Part shown: piece by piece, positions 42,878-58,538 of the stretch | How the letters are laid out: each line of letters opens with the position of its first letter | Position numbering within the stretch: the stretch's first letter is position 1 | DNA from: the human T2T-CHM13v2.0 reference genome, Homo sapiens | Length of the DNA stretch: 64,000 nt | Assembly (NCBI RefSeq): GCF_009914755.1 | Contig: NC_060934.1 | Strand: one strand, 5' to 3' | Position numbers and translations under genes: made by a program | The notes under the pieces: model-generated | The model's input: only the letters and a program-made list of their open reading frames with translations | Database searches by the model: none | Told to the model about the DNA's origin: nothing

Positions 42878-44549
42878 TGCAACAACCCTATTTTCAAATA
42901 AAGCCACATTCTTAGGTATTGGGAATGAGAACTTCAACATATAAATTTGAATTGACACAATTCAATCCTTAACACCCCTTTTAGAAGGGACATGCATTCC
43001 CTCATTCCCCACAATTGCCATTTGATAGAGTATTCATTCCTGGCCCACTAAGATATTTAAGTTTGTGATCCTTGTCCTAAATCCCATAGGCTTAGGAGGC
43101 TGTATACCTGACAGGTAGACCTAAATATTAGGAAATCATAAGATCATAGGATGTCAGAGAAGGGAAGAACCTCTGAGATTAACTGTTGTCACCCTCTTGC
43201 CCTATTGCAGAGGGGCAAATCTAAAAAATGCTCTCACTGGTCTTTTCCAAAATCGTTCCCGTAATAGTACCTAAGATTCTTATTATTTACCTAAGATTAA
43301 AAAAATCCATTGCATCAAATTTATTTGAAAAGGGAGATAAGTTTGACAAAACTGTCTTTTCAGTTCCACAACACGGCATACAAATCCCTTTCCTTATAAC
43401 TTTTCTCAGAAACTGGCTTGTGGAATTTGGTTTATCCTGTAGGGCCTTAGTATTATTTTTTGTTTGTTTGTTTATTAGAGTTTTTGCACTGGATGCTCTG
43501 TTCCTTAGAAAATAAAGAGGCTTTCCAAGTAAATAGGGCCATTGTGTACAAATTAGAGTTCAGGAAGGATGCTTCTCAATGGTTCAGCTGTTTCATAGGC
43601 TACTTAACATACAGCATGGGTAAACATGAGTTCCCATGTACAAAGGGTTTTTCTAAATTTATAGCTTCCAGACAGCCATTAATTTTGCTGCCATATGGGT
43701 CACAAGAGGCAGGCTGATAAATCTTTCATCCGCAGTGGATTATGTTTTCCCATATGTATGTTTATTTTCAGAATCCATGTGTATTTCAGCTAGGGTGCAG
43801 CTGATCTTCTACAAAAACTCTGCAAGTTCATAAGAAGGAATCAATAATATACTGTACCCGCCTGCTCTTGATAAACTCTGACTCCTTAGGTATTCAGAAG
43901 AGAATCCAGGGAGATCCTGATTCTGCATATCATCCCATATTACAAATGACTATAAAAGTTGGTGAATAATAATGCTTGACCTTTAAGAAGCCAGCAGTTT
44001 TCAACCAAGTCAGTCAATAGTGACGAGGCCTTAATCCAAAGCCATTATGAAACTCCAATATTCCCCCCAACCTCAGAAGTTTGTCTTTTTATTCTAGAAC
44101 TACATTGGGAGTAAATGATTTTTCATCATTATTTAATAATAGCCTAAATCACTGCCTTAAGGTATTTGCCAATTTAGATCTGTTACATGGTAAATATTAA
44201 ATCACATAGTTTTCTGCTCAACATATTCATCACTGACTATAATTTGCATGGCATAACTTGAATGTAATTTCAAATAATTTGGTACAATAAATATAATGAG
44301 AATTAGATTATACCTGCCTAAAGGACAGCACGATTCATATAATTGCTAATGTACTGATTCTTCCATGTATTTTGACATTCATATTAGGTGGCTCTCTTTT
44401 TTTGTTATTAATAATGAATTTAAAATGGCTTGCAGTTCAAATTTGATAGTTTTCCAAGTGCTTTCATGTTCTTTGTTTCAAGATTTTTCAAAATGAATAG
44501 GAACTGTAGGAAATAGTTTATGTTATTTCCATTGTCTAGAAGAATCTGA

Positions 44550-44994
<445 letters not shown>

Positions 44995-45654
44995 TAAAAC
45001 CCTGGCATGCACTGTGTTTGCAGTCCCTGTTGTACTGTTTCAAAGTAACCCATTCTATTGTGTGCTGGGATTTACTCTATGATAACTCTAACTCATACAA
45101 ACTAGTAGCTGGGATATTACCTCCAAGGGCCACTGGTCGCCAAAGACTTATGTACTCTGTCCTTGATCAAGCTGAGAGTTTGATATTGAGTTCCAGTGAG
45201 AAAGAAGCTACCCTTTCTTTATCTGTAGCTCAGGACACTTCCAAATTGTCTTGCTCATCTCTGTACCTTTCCTCTGCAGCTTCTTCAAAAGGATAAATTA
45301 AATTCCTGCAAGAACATCTTTAAATAAACTATACTTGTATTGGCACCCTTGCATTTATGTAGAAATTAAAGGAAGACATATTTTTATTACAAAAATAACT
45401 TCTTAATAATAGCTGGGTATGAACTAATTGCTTTCAAGGCTTTGCACATGGTGGCAGGAATTATTACATTAAATGTACACTGTGGCTTTTGGCTTGGGCA
45501 TACTTGGATGAGGGCTCAGCCACCAGGAGATCCCCACAGTTCTCATCTTTCCAGATAGATGAACTTGATGCCTCCTTTGCATTGAGTATGAGAATGGTAT
45601 AGGCCCTCCCCCAATAAACTGGTAGGATTTGCATTTAGCAATATTTAACAATAA

Positions 45655-46450
45655 AAACTATGTTTACTGAGCTTTGCTGTGCCAAGCACTGGGCTAGGTG
45701 CTTTCTATGTAATAATGCACGGACTCTGATGCAAAACTACCTGAATTTGAATCCTTCCCCATCTACTGACTAGATATTTAACCATATTGAGTTGCTTAAC
45801 TTTGTTATGCCTCAGTTTCTGCATCTGTAAAATGAGAATAGGAGAGTACCTACTTTAGGTGTTATGGAAGTGAATGAGTTCTTAATGTCCAGTACTAAGA
45901 ACAGTATAGGTATGCAATCAGAACAGAAGAAAGGGTAGTTATTGTTGTTATAATAATGATAAGGAGGAGGATGCTGAACTCTAACCAACTGAGAGTTAAA
46001 AAGTATATTTTCTTTTATTGACTTTATTCTTTAACCCCAACTTCAGGAAACTGAAGGCTTGGACAATATTTCCATGACTCATTCAAAGTCAGATGTCAAA
46101 CAGCTAGTAAATGGCTGAGCTTGGAGAGGAACAGGTTTCTTTGTCTATGACTAACACGTTAATTGATTAAATCATCCAATCCACTGGCCAAACTAGTCAA
46201 ACAGCCAGCAGGTTTATGATATAGAGGTGAGGGGAATGAGCTTGATGGTGTTATAGGATGGACAGTGGCTTTGGAATCAGAAAATCTTGTCCTGAATCAG
46301 CCTTCACTAACTCAAGTCAGTTGACTTCTCCAAGTTTCTATTATTTCATCTATAAAATGATTCCCAATCTAACCCATTCAAGATGGGTGTTCAGAGAAGC
46401 AAAGAAATATCATGTTTGAGAGAATTTTGTAAATCAAACTGCCATAAATT
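45655..46450. mobile_element. Cluster of MIR fragments
   Basis: gcctcagtttctgcatctgtaaaatgagaata; aggaaactgaaggctt; ttcatctataaaatg. Confidence 0.65.
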
Positions 46451-46609
46451 GTGCCATTTATTAATGTTTGATATTTTACAAAATGATTTTTACTTGTTTT
46501 ACACAGTTGTTAATTAAAATGACCAAATCACTTGGTTATTGCTTGTAATATATGTGGAATCCAACAGTTTTTTTAACCTACAAGTACATGAATCAGCCTT
46601 GAAAACAAG

Positions 46610-47081
46610 CACGATGATTAATATTGAGTGTCAACTTGATTGGATTGAAGGATGCAAAGTATTTGTTCCTGGGTGTGTCTGTGAGGGTGCTGACAAAGGA
46701 GATTAACATTTGAGTCAGTGGACTGGGAGAGGCAGACCCACCCCCAAGCTGAGTGGGCACCATCTAATCAGCTGCCAGCGTGGCTAAAATAAAGTAGGCA
46801 GAAGAAAGTGGAAGGAGAGAGATTTGCCGTGTCTTCTGCCCTTCATCTTTCCTCCATGTTGGATACTCTTAAGTTCTTCAGCTTTTGGATTCTTGGACTT
46901 ACACCAGTGATTTGCTAGGGGCTCTCGGGCTTTCAGCCAGACTGAAGGCTGCACCATCAGCTTCCCTATGTTAGAGGTTTTGAGACTCAGTCTGGATTCC
47001 TTGCTCCTCAGCTTGCAGATGCCCTATTGTGGGATCTCACCTTGTGATCATGTGAGTCAACTCTCCTAATAAACTACCCTT

Positions 47082-47125
<44 letters not shown>

Positions 47126-48807
47126 TGTGTATATATATATATATATATTCTATTACTACCCTTCATATATATAAATATATATAAAAATATATATAAATAT
47201 ATATAAATATGTATAAATATATATAAATATATATAAATATATAAATATATATAAATATATATAAATATGTATAAATATATATAAATATATATAAATATAT
47301 AAATATATATAAATATATATAAATATATATATAAATATATAAATATATAAATATATATAAGTATATATAAATATATATAAATATATATAAATATATAAAT
47401 ATATATAAATATATATAAATATATAAATATATATAAATATATATAAATATATATAAATATATAAATATATATAAATATATATAAATATATAAATATATAT
47501 AAATATATATAAATATATAAATATATATAAATATATATAAATATATAAATATATATAAATATATAAATATATAAATATATATAAATATATATACCAATAT
47601 ATAAATATATAAATATATATAAATATATATAAATATATAAATATATATAAATATATAAAAATATATATAAATTATACATATATAAATATAAAAATATATA
47701 AATATATATAAATATATAAATATATATAAATATATATAAATATATAAATATATAAATATATATAAATATATATAAATATATAAATATATATAAATATATA
47801 AATATATAAATATATATAAATATATAAATATATATAAATATATATAAATATATAAATATATATAAATATATATAAATATATAAATATATATAAATATATA
47901 AATATATAAATATATATAAATATATAAATATATATATAAAAATATATAAATATATATATAAATATATATAAATATATAAAAATATATAAATATATATAAA
48001 TATATAAAAATATATAAATATATAAATATATATAAATATATAAATATATATAAATATATATAAATATATAAATATATATAAATATATATAAATATATAAA
48101 TATATAAATATATAAATATATAAAAATATATAAATATATAAATATATATAAATATATAAAAATATATAAATATATAAATATATATAAATATATAAATATA
48201 TAAATATATATAAATATATAAATATATATATAAATATATAAATATATAAATATATATAAATATATAAATATATATATAAATATATATAAATATATAAATA
48301 TATATATAAATATATATAAATATATAAATATATATATAAATATATATATAAATATATATAAATATATAAATATATATATAAATATATATATAAATATATA
48401 TAAATATATAAATATATATAAATATATAAATATATATATAAATATATATATAAATATATATAAATATATAAATATATATAAATATATATATAAATATATA
48501 TAAATATATAAATATATATATAAATATATATAAATATATAAATATATATATAAATATATAAATATATATATAAATATATATATAAATATATATAAATATA
48601 TAAATTTATATATAAATATATATAAATATATAAATTTATATAAATATATATAAAAATATATATAAATATATAAATATGTATATAAATATATATAAATATA
48701 TATATATAATGTACTACTACTCTCCTTCAGATAGATAGATAAATAGATAGATAGATAGATATCCTATTAGTTCTGTTCTGTCCCCTTAGAGAACCCTGAC
48801 CAATACA
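46610..48807 (+). mobile_element. MLT2A (HERV-L) solo LTR with a very large internal AT repeat
   Basis: ttaatattgagtgtcaacttgattggattgaaggatgcaaagta...; 3' end atcctattagttctg...agagaaccctgaccaataca. Confidence 0.9.
47164..48710. repeat. ~1.55 kb interrupted (TA)n / ATAAATAT(AT)n repeat; (TG)n at 47092-47131 and (GATA)n at 48729-48761
   Basis: Seen directly; only a handful of G/C bases. Confidence 0.98.
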
Positions 48808-48899
48808 AGGTTGGGAAATGTCCTAACTCATAAAAATGGAGACCCTTTCTCTCTTTCTCCCAGGAAATGTACAGTTTACATTCATGCTTTGATTCATAC

Positions 48900-49150
48900 T
48901 TTGATTGATTCATTCATCCATTCATTCATTCATTCACTTTTCTTTTTTCTATGTGCCAGGCATTATGATGGGTAATAGAATGAATAACGCACAATCCTTG
49001 CCCTTAGTAGGTTAAGCAGCCTCATAAACACATCATTATAATCCATTGCGTTAAACGTAGTGCTAGGTAATTGATCTGGGAAGGAAATTCATAGAAGACT
49101 TCCCGGAAGAAGTGACATCTAAATTGAGTCTTGAAGAAAAAAAATAAGTT
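48900..49150 (-). mobile_element. L2 3' end with (TTCA)n tail
   Basis: ttcattcattcattcac...ctatgtgccaggcatt...gaagtgacatctaaattgagtcttgaag. Confidence 0.75.
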
Positions 49151-50042
49151 ATTAGCAGCTAAATACATGGATCTCCTTTGTGACCCTCCAAGGGCAGATG
49201 GCAAGACTTGGTGGTGATGGATGGACTTCACTGTGAATTTCAGGTCTGAAATGACTGAAGAAACTTGATGACTTGGCTGAGAATGTCCTTCAATAATCTG
49301 CTATATGCATAGGGCTTCTCTATTGGGTGTCTTTGGGCAGATGTTTGCAAACCTGGCTTATTTAATGTATGAAGTTTCTACAATGGACCGTGTTTGCCTT
49401 AAAAAAGGAAATGATTCTTTACTCTTCTCAAATGGTCATAAAGAAGCAACTCATGTTTATGTAATGCAGCTCAGTGCTGAGGCTGAAGATAAGAGTGAAT
49501 TTCGATGGAGCTCTTCCAAGCACTAAAACAAAATGAAGGAAATAAGATACGATTAGACCAGAATTCATGGAAGTGAGTCAAATATACATCTCCACCTACA
49601 AAGAAATAGTCTCATTATCGCTTTAAAAGATTTTTATGTGGGAACATCATGTGCGTATTGTTTCATAATTACTCTTTAACATGCAGTAAAAATAATTTTG
49701 CATGCACCAGTTTGAGTGTTTATTGGCTTCCCTAAAAGCAAAGGCCTTGAGGTACTAATTGGGACAGAGGCGGGAGGAGAACAGGGTCAGAGAAGAGACC
49801 CAAGGAATGTCAAAATCAGTCATTTGCTCCTAAGTGGTAGGAAACAGAGACATTTTTGGTTCCAAGTTGCTTGTTTGGGCCTAGTTAGAAAAGTTGGTTA
49901 AACTCTGGGCATTTGCAGGTTGAGAGCTATTTGTTTATGTGAACTAGAAAAAAGTATCTTTCAGGACCAAAGGTATTGGGATGGGTTCAGTGGAGAGGGT
50001 GGATGTACTTTGGGCTCAGAGCTTAATATTGATCCTATAGAT

Positions 50043-50366
50043 CAGGGGTCCCCAACACCAGGCCAAGGACCCATACCAGTCCGTGGCCTGCTAGGGACCT
50101 GGCCACACAGCAGAAGGTCAGCAGTAGGCCAGTGAGCATTACTGCCTGAGCTCTGCCTCCTGTCAATCAGCAGCAGCATTAGATTCTCCTAAGAGCGGGA
50201 ACCCTATTGTGAACTGCACATGCTAGGGATCTAAGTTGCACGCTTCTTATGATAATCTAATGCCTGATGATCGGAGGTGGAACAGTTTCATCCCAAAAGC
50301 ATTCCCCGTCATCCATGGAAAAATTATCTTCCATGAAACTGATCCCAAAGCGTTTTGGGACCACTG
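50043..50366 (+). mobile_element. MER1B hAT-Charlie MITE
   Basis: TIRs caggggtccccaac / ttgggaccactg, ~325 bp. Confidence 0.9.
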
Positions 50367-50565
50367 CAGATGCCTGGGGATACCTGACATCCGATTGCAT
50401 AACAAACTTCATCCTCTGAATATTCATAACCATGAGTAGTGTTTGCATTATAGTAAGTGGTGTGTGGACAAATACTACAACCATTATAAATAAACTGTGG
50501 TAGTAATTGTAGTAATAATACCTGCTTTGAATTAAGGAGGTGTGCCATTTGCCTGGTATTTTAGA

Positions 50566-50584
50566 TGTGCCATCTAGTGGTCAG
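50566..50584 (-). promoter_or_regulatory. Strong CTCF motif (reverse)
   Basis: gtgccatctagtggtca reads tgaCCACTAGATGGCAC on minus, a full match to the core consensus. Confidence 0.6.
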
Positions 50585-51160
50585 AAGGAGCATTTTCAGA
50601 TTATTAAAGTCGCTCTAGTACTCAGAGACACTTGCAATATTCTGAGTACTGATTATTTCACGGTAAGTATCCACTATGTTTCTTCCTCCAGGGAAATAAT
50701 TCATCATTTTTGGTAATGTAAGTCTGAAGCTTTTTTGAAATCCTTTCGTCTGTGTAAAGCTAGTTTCCATCTCATCCTCTTCTATAAAATAAGATACTCT
50801 CTATTTGCTAAAGACAATTTAAACTGGGTCTCAGGGGAGGAGCCAGAACATACCAACAGGTGTGGGCAAAAGGACAGGTGTGGGCAAAGGGACAGAAAAG
50901 GTGGCTTGGCCAGATTGTGACACTTGTCGTTGTCACAGCTAAAATGTTTGAGGTTTGGCATTTAGGGGACACTGGAATGTCAGCAGTAAAGTGATGGGTC
51001 AGGGCTGAGATGCAAAAAGGTAGCTTGGTGTCGAGCAATGTGAGGCCAGAGGCAGGACACCTGGATGATGGGTGTGACGGTGGCCCAGCCAAGACACAGA
51101 CATGGCCTGAATCAGACACAGAGTTGGTGATGGGGAGGGCTGGGGGATGCAGCAACATGA

Positions 51161-51700
<540 letters not shown>

Positions 51701-52049
51701 TAATGAGAAAAGGATCTGCCCAGGAGGAGTGGAGTGGCACACCGTCAGGGGCTTGGAGACAGAAAGGAAGGGAATAAGAAGAAAATCAAAAGTATCTCAA
51801 ATTGTACTGAAGCACTGCTTGGGCTAAAAACCACCAGCGATGTGGGCATCTATTCAGCAAGGTTGTGCCATTCTCCCTGTGCCAGAGCAGAGGGACAGGA
51901 TAAAGTTTGTGCAAGGCCAGAGAGGGAGAAGACAATACTGTCATGTCCATCAGCCCTGTCCTTGGATCATCAACTGTTAACTGCAGTCTAGCTCCGTGAG
52001 GCTTGGTAGCTTTGTGGTTAAGACCCATCCCACCTCTGCTGCCCGTGGG

Positions 52050-52215
52050 GCCATCCTTAACCTCTCTCAGCCTCAGTTTCCTCACCTGAGAAGCAGGGAT
52101 CAGAACATAACCTATCCCCCATGCAATGTAGTTGCAATTCGGTGGGGTAGTTCATACAAAGTGCCTGGCCACGAGCCTAGCGCATTGCTGGTGCTAAGTT
52201 GATGGTAGCTATTAC
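52050..52215 (+). mobile_element. MIR
   Basis: cttaacctctctcagcctcagtttcctcacctg...aaagtgcctggc. Confidence 0.7.
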
Positions 52216-53539
52216 TTTCTGCAGAAATGAGTATTTCTGTGCACACTTCATATATGGCCTACAAAGAACTCACTGCATCATTCCAGAATTTAGCTGTTGC
52301 CCTGCCACTTGAATCTTTGAGACTAAGAACTAATGGATGATGGTTCTAGTTCTGCCACTTCTCCCACCTTTTTTGGGTTTTTGACTCACACACACACACA
52401 ATGAGAAGGAGAACTCTCCCACTCTGAATATTTAGGCATGCCACATTTCGTTTTATTTATTCACTATTCTCGGTAGCCGGATATTTTTGCACTGAGGCCA
52501 TCTATAAAATCAAAAAAATGAAATCCAATCTTGGCTAACTTTGTAGTTAATTAACACATTTCTTTAGGCTCTTTATGAAGGAAAAAAGAAACAAATAACT
52601 TTTCACTTCTTTCTGCATGTGCCTGTATGGATGAGTAGAAGGAATTACTGTAATTAATGCTGGATTTTAAAATACCAGTATGGGGAGATAGCTAGCATCT
52701 TCCAAATAAGGAGATGAGTCAGAGCCTCAGAGATGCTATGGTGTTTAGATAAATGTGAGTTATTAGGTAACCAGGAAAAATACATTACAGAAGGCAACAC
52801 ATAGGGCAATGAAGCTGCAAGCCAGCACGTAAATTGCGAGCCACAGTCCTGAGTGCTCTGGTGGATAGCAGGTTTGTAACTCTATACAAAACCTATGTTT
52901 TCCTACCTAAGAAAGGGCAGAGGGTTTTGTCCAGTAAGATCTCTACCCTTCAGGACTTCCAGGTACTGTTTGATTTCCATTTTTCTGACTCAAGGTGGTC
53001 TTCCCGGGGGCCATGCTTTGGGAAAAGCTTGTATCTCTAAATTCACTTGATCTCCTCTTGCTGATTCCTGTAGCATCCTGGAGAAGTAAGAGTTGAAGAA
53101 CTTCCTAGACTTCACAGAGCTCTGGTCTGGGGGCCTCTCTCCATTTGTTTTGTTGTTAAGGCCAATTTTAAGAACAATCAAACAGAAGGTTCTGGAGAGG
53201 GGAAAAAACAAATTGAAAAGGTACAAGCTAAAGAACTTAATACAAGAGAAAGTGAAGGATGTGGGGGAAGGACTAGAAATAAATCCTAGGAAAGCTACAA
53301 TTCATCAGGTTTGAAGTAAGTGCATTTTCTAGTGGCTCATGGATCACTGGCTCATGAAAGAAGAAACAAAGAGAGATGTAAAACCTGGAGACTGACCCAG
53401 CAAACTCATTAGCCATCAAGCTGCCTATAGCCTTGCCTGCAGGAGGAATGGGAGCAGGACGAGGGCTCTGAGTCAGACAGGGAATGAAGCTACACCTTAG
53501 TCGGGAGGCTCCGATCCAGTGATGACCAACCCTTATTCC

Positions 53540-53727
53540 ATTATCACCTCCCTATGGAGTCTCTTAAGACATTGTTTATCTAACCACCCCTCCTTGTGAT
53601 ACCACAGATACACCATAGAGCTCTCTATGTGCTGTGGCCTTTTAGAGGGCCACAAACTATTGTAATCTCTAAGATTTTCACCCCCAAGAAACAATTTTTA
53701 TCCCCTGGGGGAGTGATGTTGCCCCTA
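53540..53727. mobile_element. MER119-like hAT relic
   Basis: gagggccacaaactattgtaatctctaagattttcacccccaagaaacaattttta. Confidence 0.5.
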
Positions 53728-54374
53728 GGTACTTACTGTATGCCTGGCCCTGGTGTGTATTATTTCATGTAATCCACTATTCCCATTTGACATATAAAAC
53801 TTAGAAGGGTTGAATAACTTGTTCTAGGACAAAGAGGATTTCAACCCAGGGAGTCAATGTCAGCTCTGCCCTCTTAACAACTATGCTTCTGTTCAAGATC
53901 ACAACCCGCCCTGCTCGTAACCACCATACTGTCCTGCTCCTTATTTGGAGAGGTTGGACAGTCTCAACTGGGATGCAGAAATAACATCCCTGTAGGCAGG
54001 ACTCATGGGATCATGACAGGTGCCAAAGGGGTCCCCTCATATAAGCACCTTCCACTGAGGTAAAAGCAATGAGTGTGAAAACAGATTTAAAATCTAGTGC
54101 CTTGTTAAAAAGTCCTGTTTTAGACCATTACAAGACAGAAATCTCTGACTCCATTTTCCTCTCTCTAGAGTTCTGTATTACAAACTGCCCAGCATGGAAG
54201 CACATTTCTAATCTAAATGATCTCTACAGATTTTACCAAGGTGAGGAGCCCAATGTGGATCCTTTCATCCTAATGCAGTCTTCTGTGAACCATTCCTGAT
54301 AGTTACCCATACTCTGCCTGAACATTTTCCATGTCATTCCGTCTTTCCTCATGGAAAGACACCTCCCTTCACCT

Positions 54375-55200
<826 letters not shown>

Positions 55201-55233
55201 AAAATTTCCTATTAGCTAGGAAATATTATTTAA

Positions 55234-55353
55234 GGCCATACATGGTGGCTCATGCCTGTAATCCCAGAACTTTGGGAGGCTGAGATAGGAGGATAGCTTG
55301 ATGCTGAGAATTTGAGATCAACCTGGGAAACATAGAACCAACTTTACAAAAAA
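55234..55353 (+). mobile_element. FLAM monomer
   Basis: Single Alu left-type monomer, TSD a(a/g)tattatttaa. Confidence 0.85.
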
Positions 55354-55759
55354 ATTTTTTAGAGAAAGAAGTATTATTTAAAATTGAAAGCTGCTATCAT
55401 GTCTTGCTCCCTCTGCCCCAATTTGGAAATCAGATCATGTTTGTAAAGGCAAACCATCATGTTCAGGGGTGGAATGTGCCTCTTGCTGCCAGATACTAAA
55501 TTATCTTGTTGGACTATAAATGAGAAGTTTGCCCTTTTGTGGGAAAGTAAGGGCACATGGTTTATATTAGTATTTCAACATAATATAAGACACTTACTTT
55601 ACGTCATAGCCACTACCTCTTCCTGATGCTCTGGTCTAGATTCTGGCAGGTAGAAACGAAAGCTTAAGGGGAAAAATTACCATTTTTATAGTTAGCACTT
55701 ATGGGCCAAGAAGTTATTCAAGTTATTCATTTTAATATAACTGATTTTTAAGGGCCTAT

Positions 55760-55960
55760 AGTAATAATGGTCATTGATCACCTTCTCTGTGCCAGACTCC
55801 TGGCTAGGCATATTGTGAACTTTATCCCATTTAATTTTCACAAAAGTCCTACAAGGTAAAGATGAGGAAACAGACCCACAGAGAAGTTAGAAATGTGTCC
55901 AAGGTCATAAGCTAATAAAGGAAGAGCCAGGATTCAAACCCATGTTCAAAGTCCATGTCT
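55760..55960 (-). mobile_element. MIR
   Basis: gatgaggaaacagac...ccaaggtcataagctaataaagg...gagccaggattcaaaccca. Confidence 0.75.
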
Positions 55961-57066
55961 CCCAAAGAAAAAATTACACTTTTACATCATTGTGAAGGTT
56001 GTAAGTTTTCTGTAGATGAGAAAGAAGTTTAAAAATTATCCCCATTCTGTTTTTATCTTGTTCTATGAACTTCCCTTTCCAACAAAGCAGCTTGGAGTTT
56101 GTGTGCCACAGTTGGCACTTAGGACTCTCATGAATTTCCAAGTCGATTCTGAGGGCAATGGCGCCGTGTGCAAATGTTTGTTTAAAGACATGCTGTGCGG
56201 TGGCAGGACCCAGCCTGCTCAGGCAGCAGGGGGAATCAGCACGGAGGCAGTGATCACACCAGGTATCAGCTCCTGAGTGAGCCTGCCTGTCTGTCCCTCC
56301 CTTCAGGGGCTGTGCATAAAGGCATTTCTCTCCAGCAAACATGCACATCATCCTGTCATTTTGAGCTAGAATCTTCCTCCCAACTTGTTATCATTATCAA
56401 AAAGCAAGTTCTGTACCTTCAGACTCTTTCCCTAAGGGAAATGAGACTCAAAGAAGGGTTACTGATATCAAAATTTGGGGCTCTCATTAAACTATGGTTC
56501 CCTCTGTCTTCCGCAGTAGAGAAGAATTCGTTCAGAGCAGTAATGCACAGGGTAGAAATGGAAGGTCTCAATAATGGTATTCAAATGACTGATGGGGAAA
56601 TTTCAAAATATTTCCAACGTTTCTCTTAAGATTGAACCTGATTTTTCACTACAGGGGAATATACATGCTGAGTCCAGGTTATGCTCATGAAAAGTTACCC
56701 AGAGCAATCTGTGTCTTGTCCACAGTGCACAGATCTCTTTAACCTGATGGGATGTGAAAATCATGACAATTGAAATAGCATCACAACTTTCTCATGTTGA
56801 TGAATAGATGGCCCAGGGTATACCTTTGACTTAGTCTATTTTTAGCTCTAATAACTATTTCTTGCTGCATAGCATTCCTTATGGTTTCTTCTGGGCTACA
56901 CAGTAAAAATAATTCTGGACATGGAGTCAGAAGGCCTGGGTATAAGTCCTCGTGTGACTATCACCCCCATCTTACCTCTGCAACATCACCTCCTGCAACT
57001 CTGTCTCCACACACCCTGCACCAGCCCCTGGGTCTCCTCCCTCCACACTGGCCCCCCTACCTAGAA

Positions 57067-57595
57067 CAGGGGTCCCCAACCCCCAGGCCATGGACCAGTA
57101 CCAGTCCGTGGCCTGTTAGGAACCAGGCTGCACCAGGAGGTGAGCAACAAGAGAGCAAGGGAAGCTTCGTCTACATTTCCAGCCACTCCCTATCACTTGC
57201 ATTACCACCTGAACTCTGCCTCCTGTCAGATTAGTGGCAGCATTAGATTCTCATAGGAGTAGCACCCTAATGTGAACTGCACATGCAAGAGATCTAGGTT
57301 GCATGCTCCTTTTGAGAATCTAATGCCTGGTGATCTGTCGCTGTCTCCCATCACCCCCAGATGGGACCGTCTAGTTGCAGGAAAACAAGCTCAGAGCTCC
57401 CACTGATTCTGCATTATAGTGAGTTGTATAATTACTTCATTATATATTACAATGTAATAATAATAGAAATAAAGTACACAATAAATATAGTGCACTTGAA
57501 TCATCCCAAAACCATGCCCTCTGTCAACCCCGGTCCATGGAAAAGTTGTCTTCCATGAAACCAGTCCCTGGTGCCAAAAAGGTTGGGGACCACTG
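57067..57595 (+). mobile_element. MER1A hAT-Charlie MITE inserted in an L2
   Basis: TIRs caggggtccccaacc / ggttggggaccactg, ~530 bp, 8-bp TSD (ac/gt)ctagaa. Confidence 0.93.
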
Positions 57596-58491
57596 GTCTA
57601 GAATACCCTTCCTTCAGATACCTGATGTTTTGCTCCAACGTCACCTTCTCAATGAGAGCTCCCTGACCACCCTGATTAAAGTATTTCTCTGCCTCTACCT
57701 TCCATATTCGGACCTCGTATCACGTTCTACTTATTATCTTCAAAATCTCTCTGCAATTTATTTCTCTGTGTTGTCTATCGCCCTCTCTAGAATGGGATCT
57801 ATAAAATCTCTTACCAAAAGCAATATATATACTTAGTTCTTAATCTATAAATTTTAATATTTTGATACGATAAGTTCTCCTCTCATCAATAAGATGCACT
57901 ATCTGTTTTGTTCATATCTCAAGTACCTAGAAGAATGCCTGGCTCGTAGAAGGTATTCAGTACATAGTTGTTTGGGTTGTTGCTGTTTTCATTTTATTTT
58001 GATCCCTTATCAGCATGGAGTCTTTAAATAAATCCATTTCTCTCTCAGAGCCTGAGCTTTTAAAATTTATAAATGAGGAGAATAGTTAGACCAACAAAGT
58101 TGGATTTTTAGGAAAATTAGATAAAATAGTGTGTACAAAAATTATACATAATATTGGTGAGAAGAGTATTTGTTGTAGTAAATTATGGGAATTTATAGGT
58201 TAAGAATTAAGTGTATATAATGCATTTGGTTAGAGATCTTCTAGAGGTAGATGTATTGAGAGCATTTTGTACTTTATCTTCCACTGGTAGAAATAAGATG
58301 TGTAAAGGAGCATATCACATCCACCATGACATTGGGAGACACAGACATGATAAGGAGGCAGAGGCTGGGGGGTGGGCACAAGATGGTGGAAGCCAACCAT
58401 GAGGATCAGAAGGTTCTACTAAAACTAGACTTCTCAGCTACCACTCCTGGTTACCCCTGTTATGGCGATCCGCTTCTAATGTCATTATGAG

Positions 58492-58493
<2 letters not shown>

Positions 58494-58532
<39 letters not shown>
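58494..58532. repeat. (CA)n
   Basis: Seen directly. Confidence 0.97.

Positions 58533-58538
<6 letters not shown>

Larger units (their letters stand above)
41298..42974 (-). mobile_element. MLT1C-like LTR split by AluS and L1PA
   Basis: tgtattgggtcttagggctgccatagcaaagtaccacaaactggg ... gacacaattcaatccttaaca. Confidence 0.85.

Noticed and set aside
47074-47679. 201-aa and 144-aa Tyr/Ile-rich ORFs
   Set aside because: Translation of the AT repeat, which has few stops on the minus strand.
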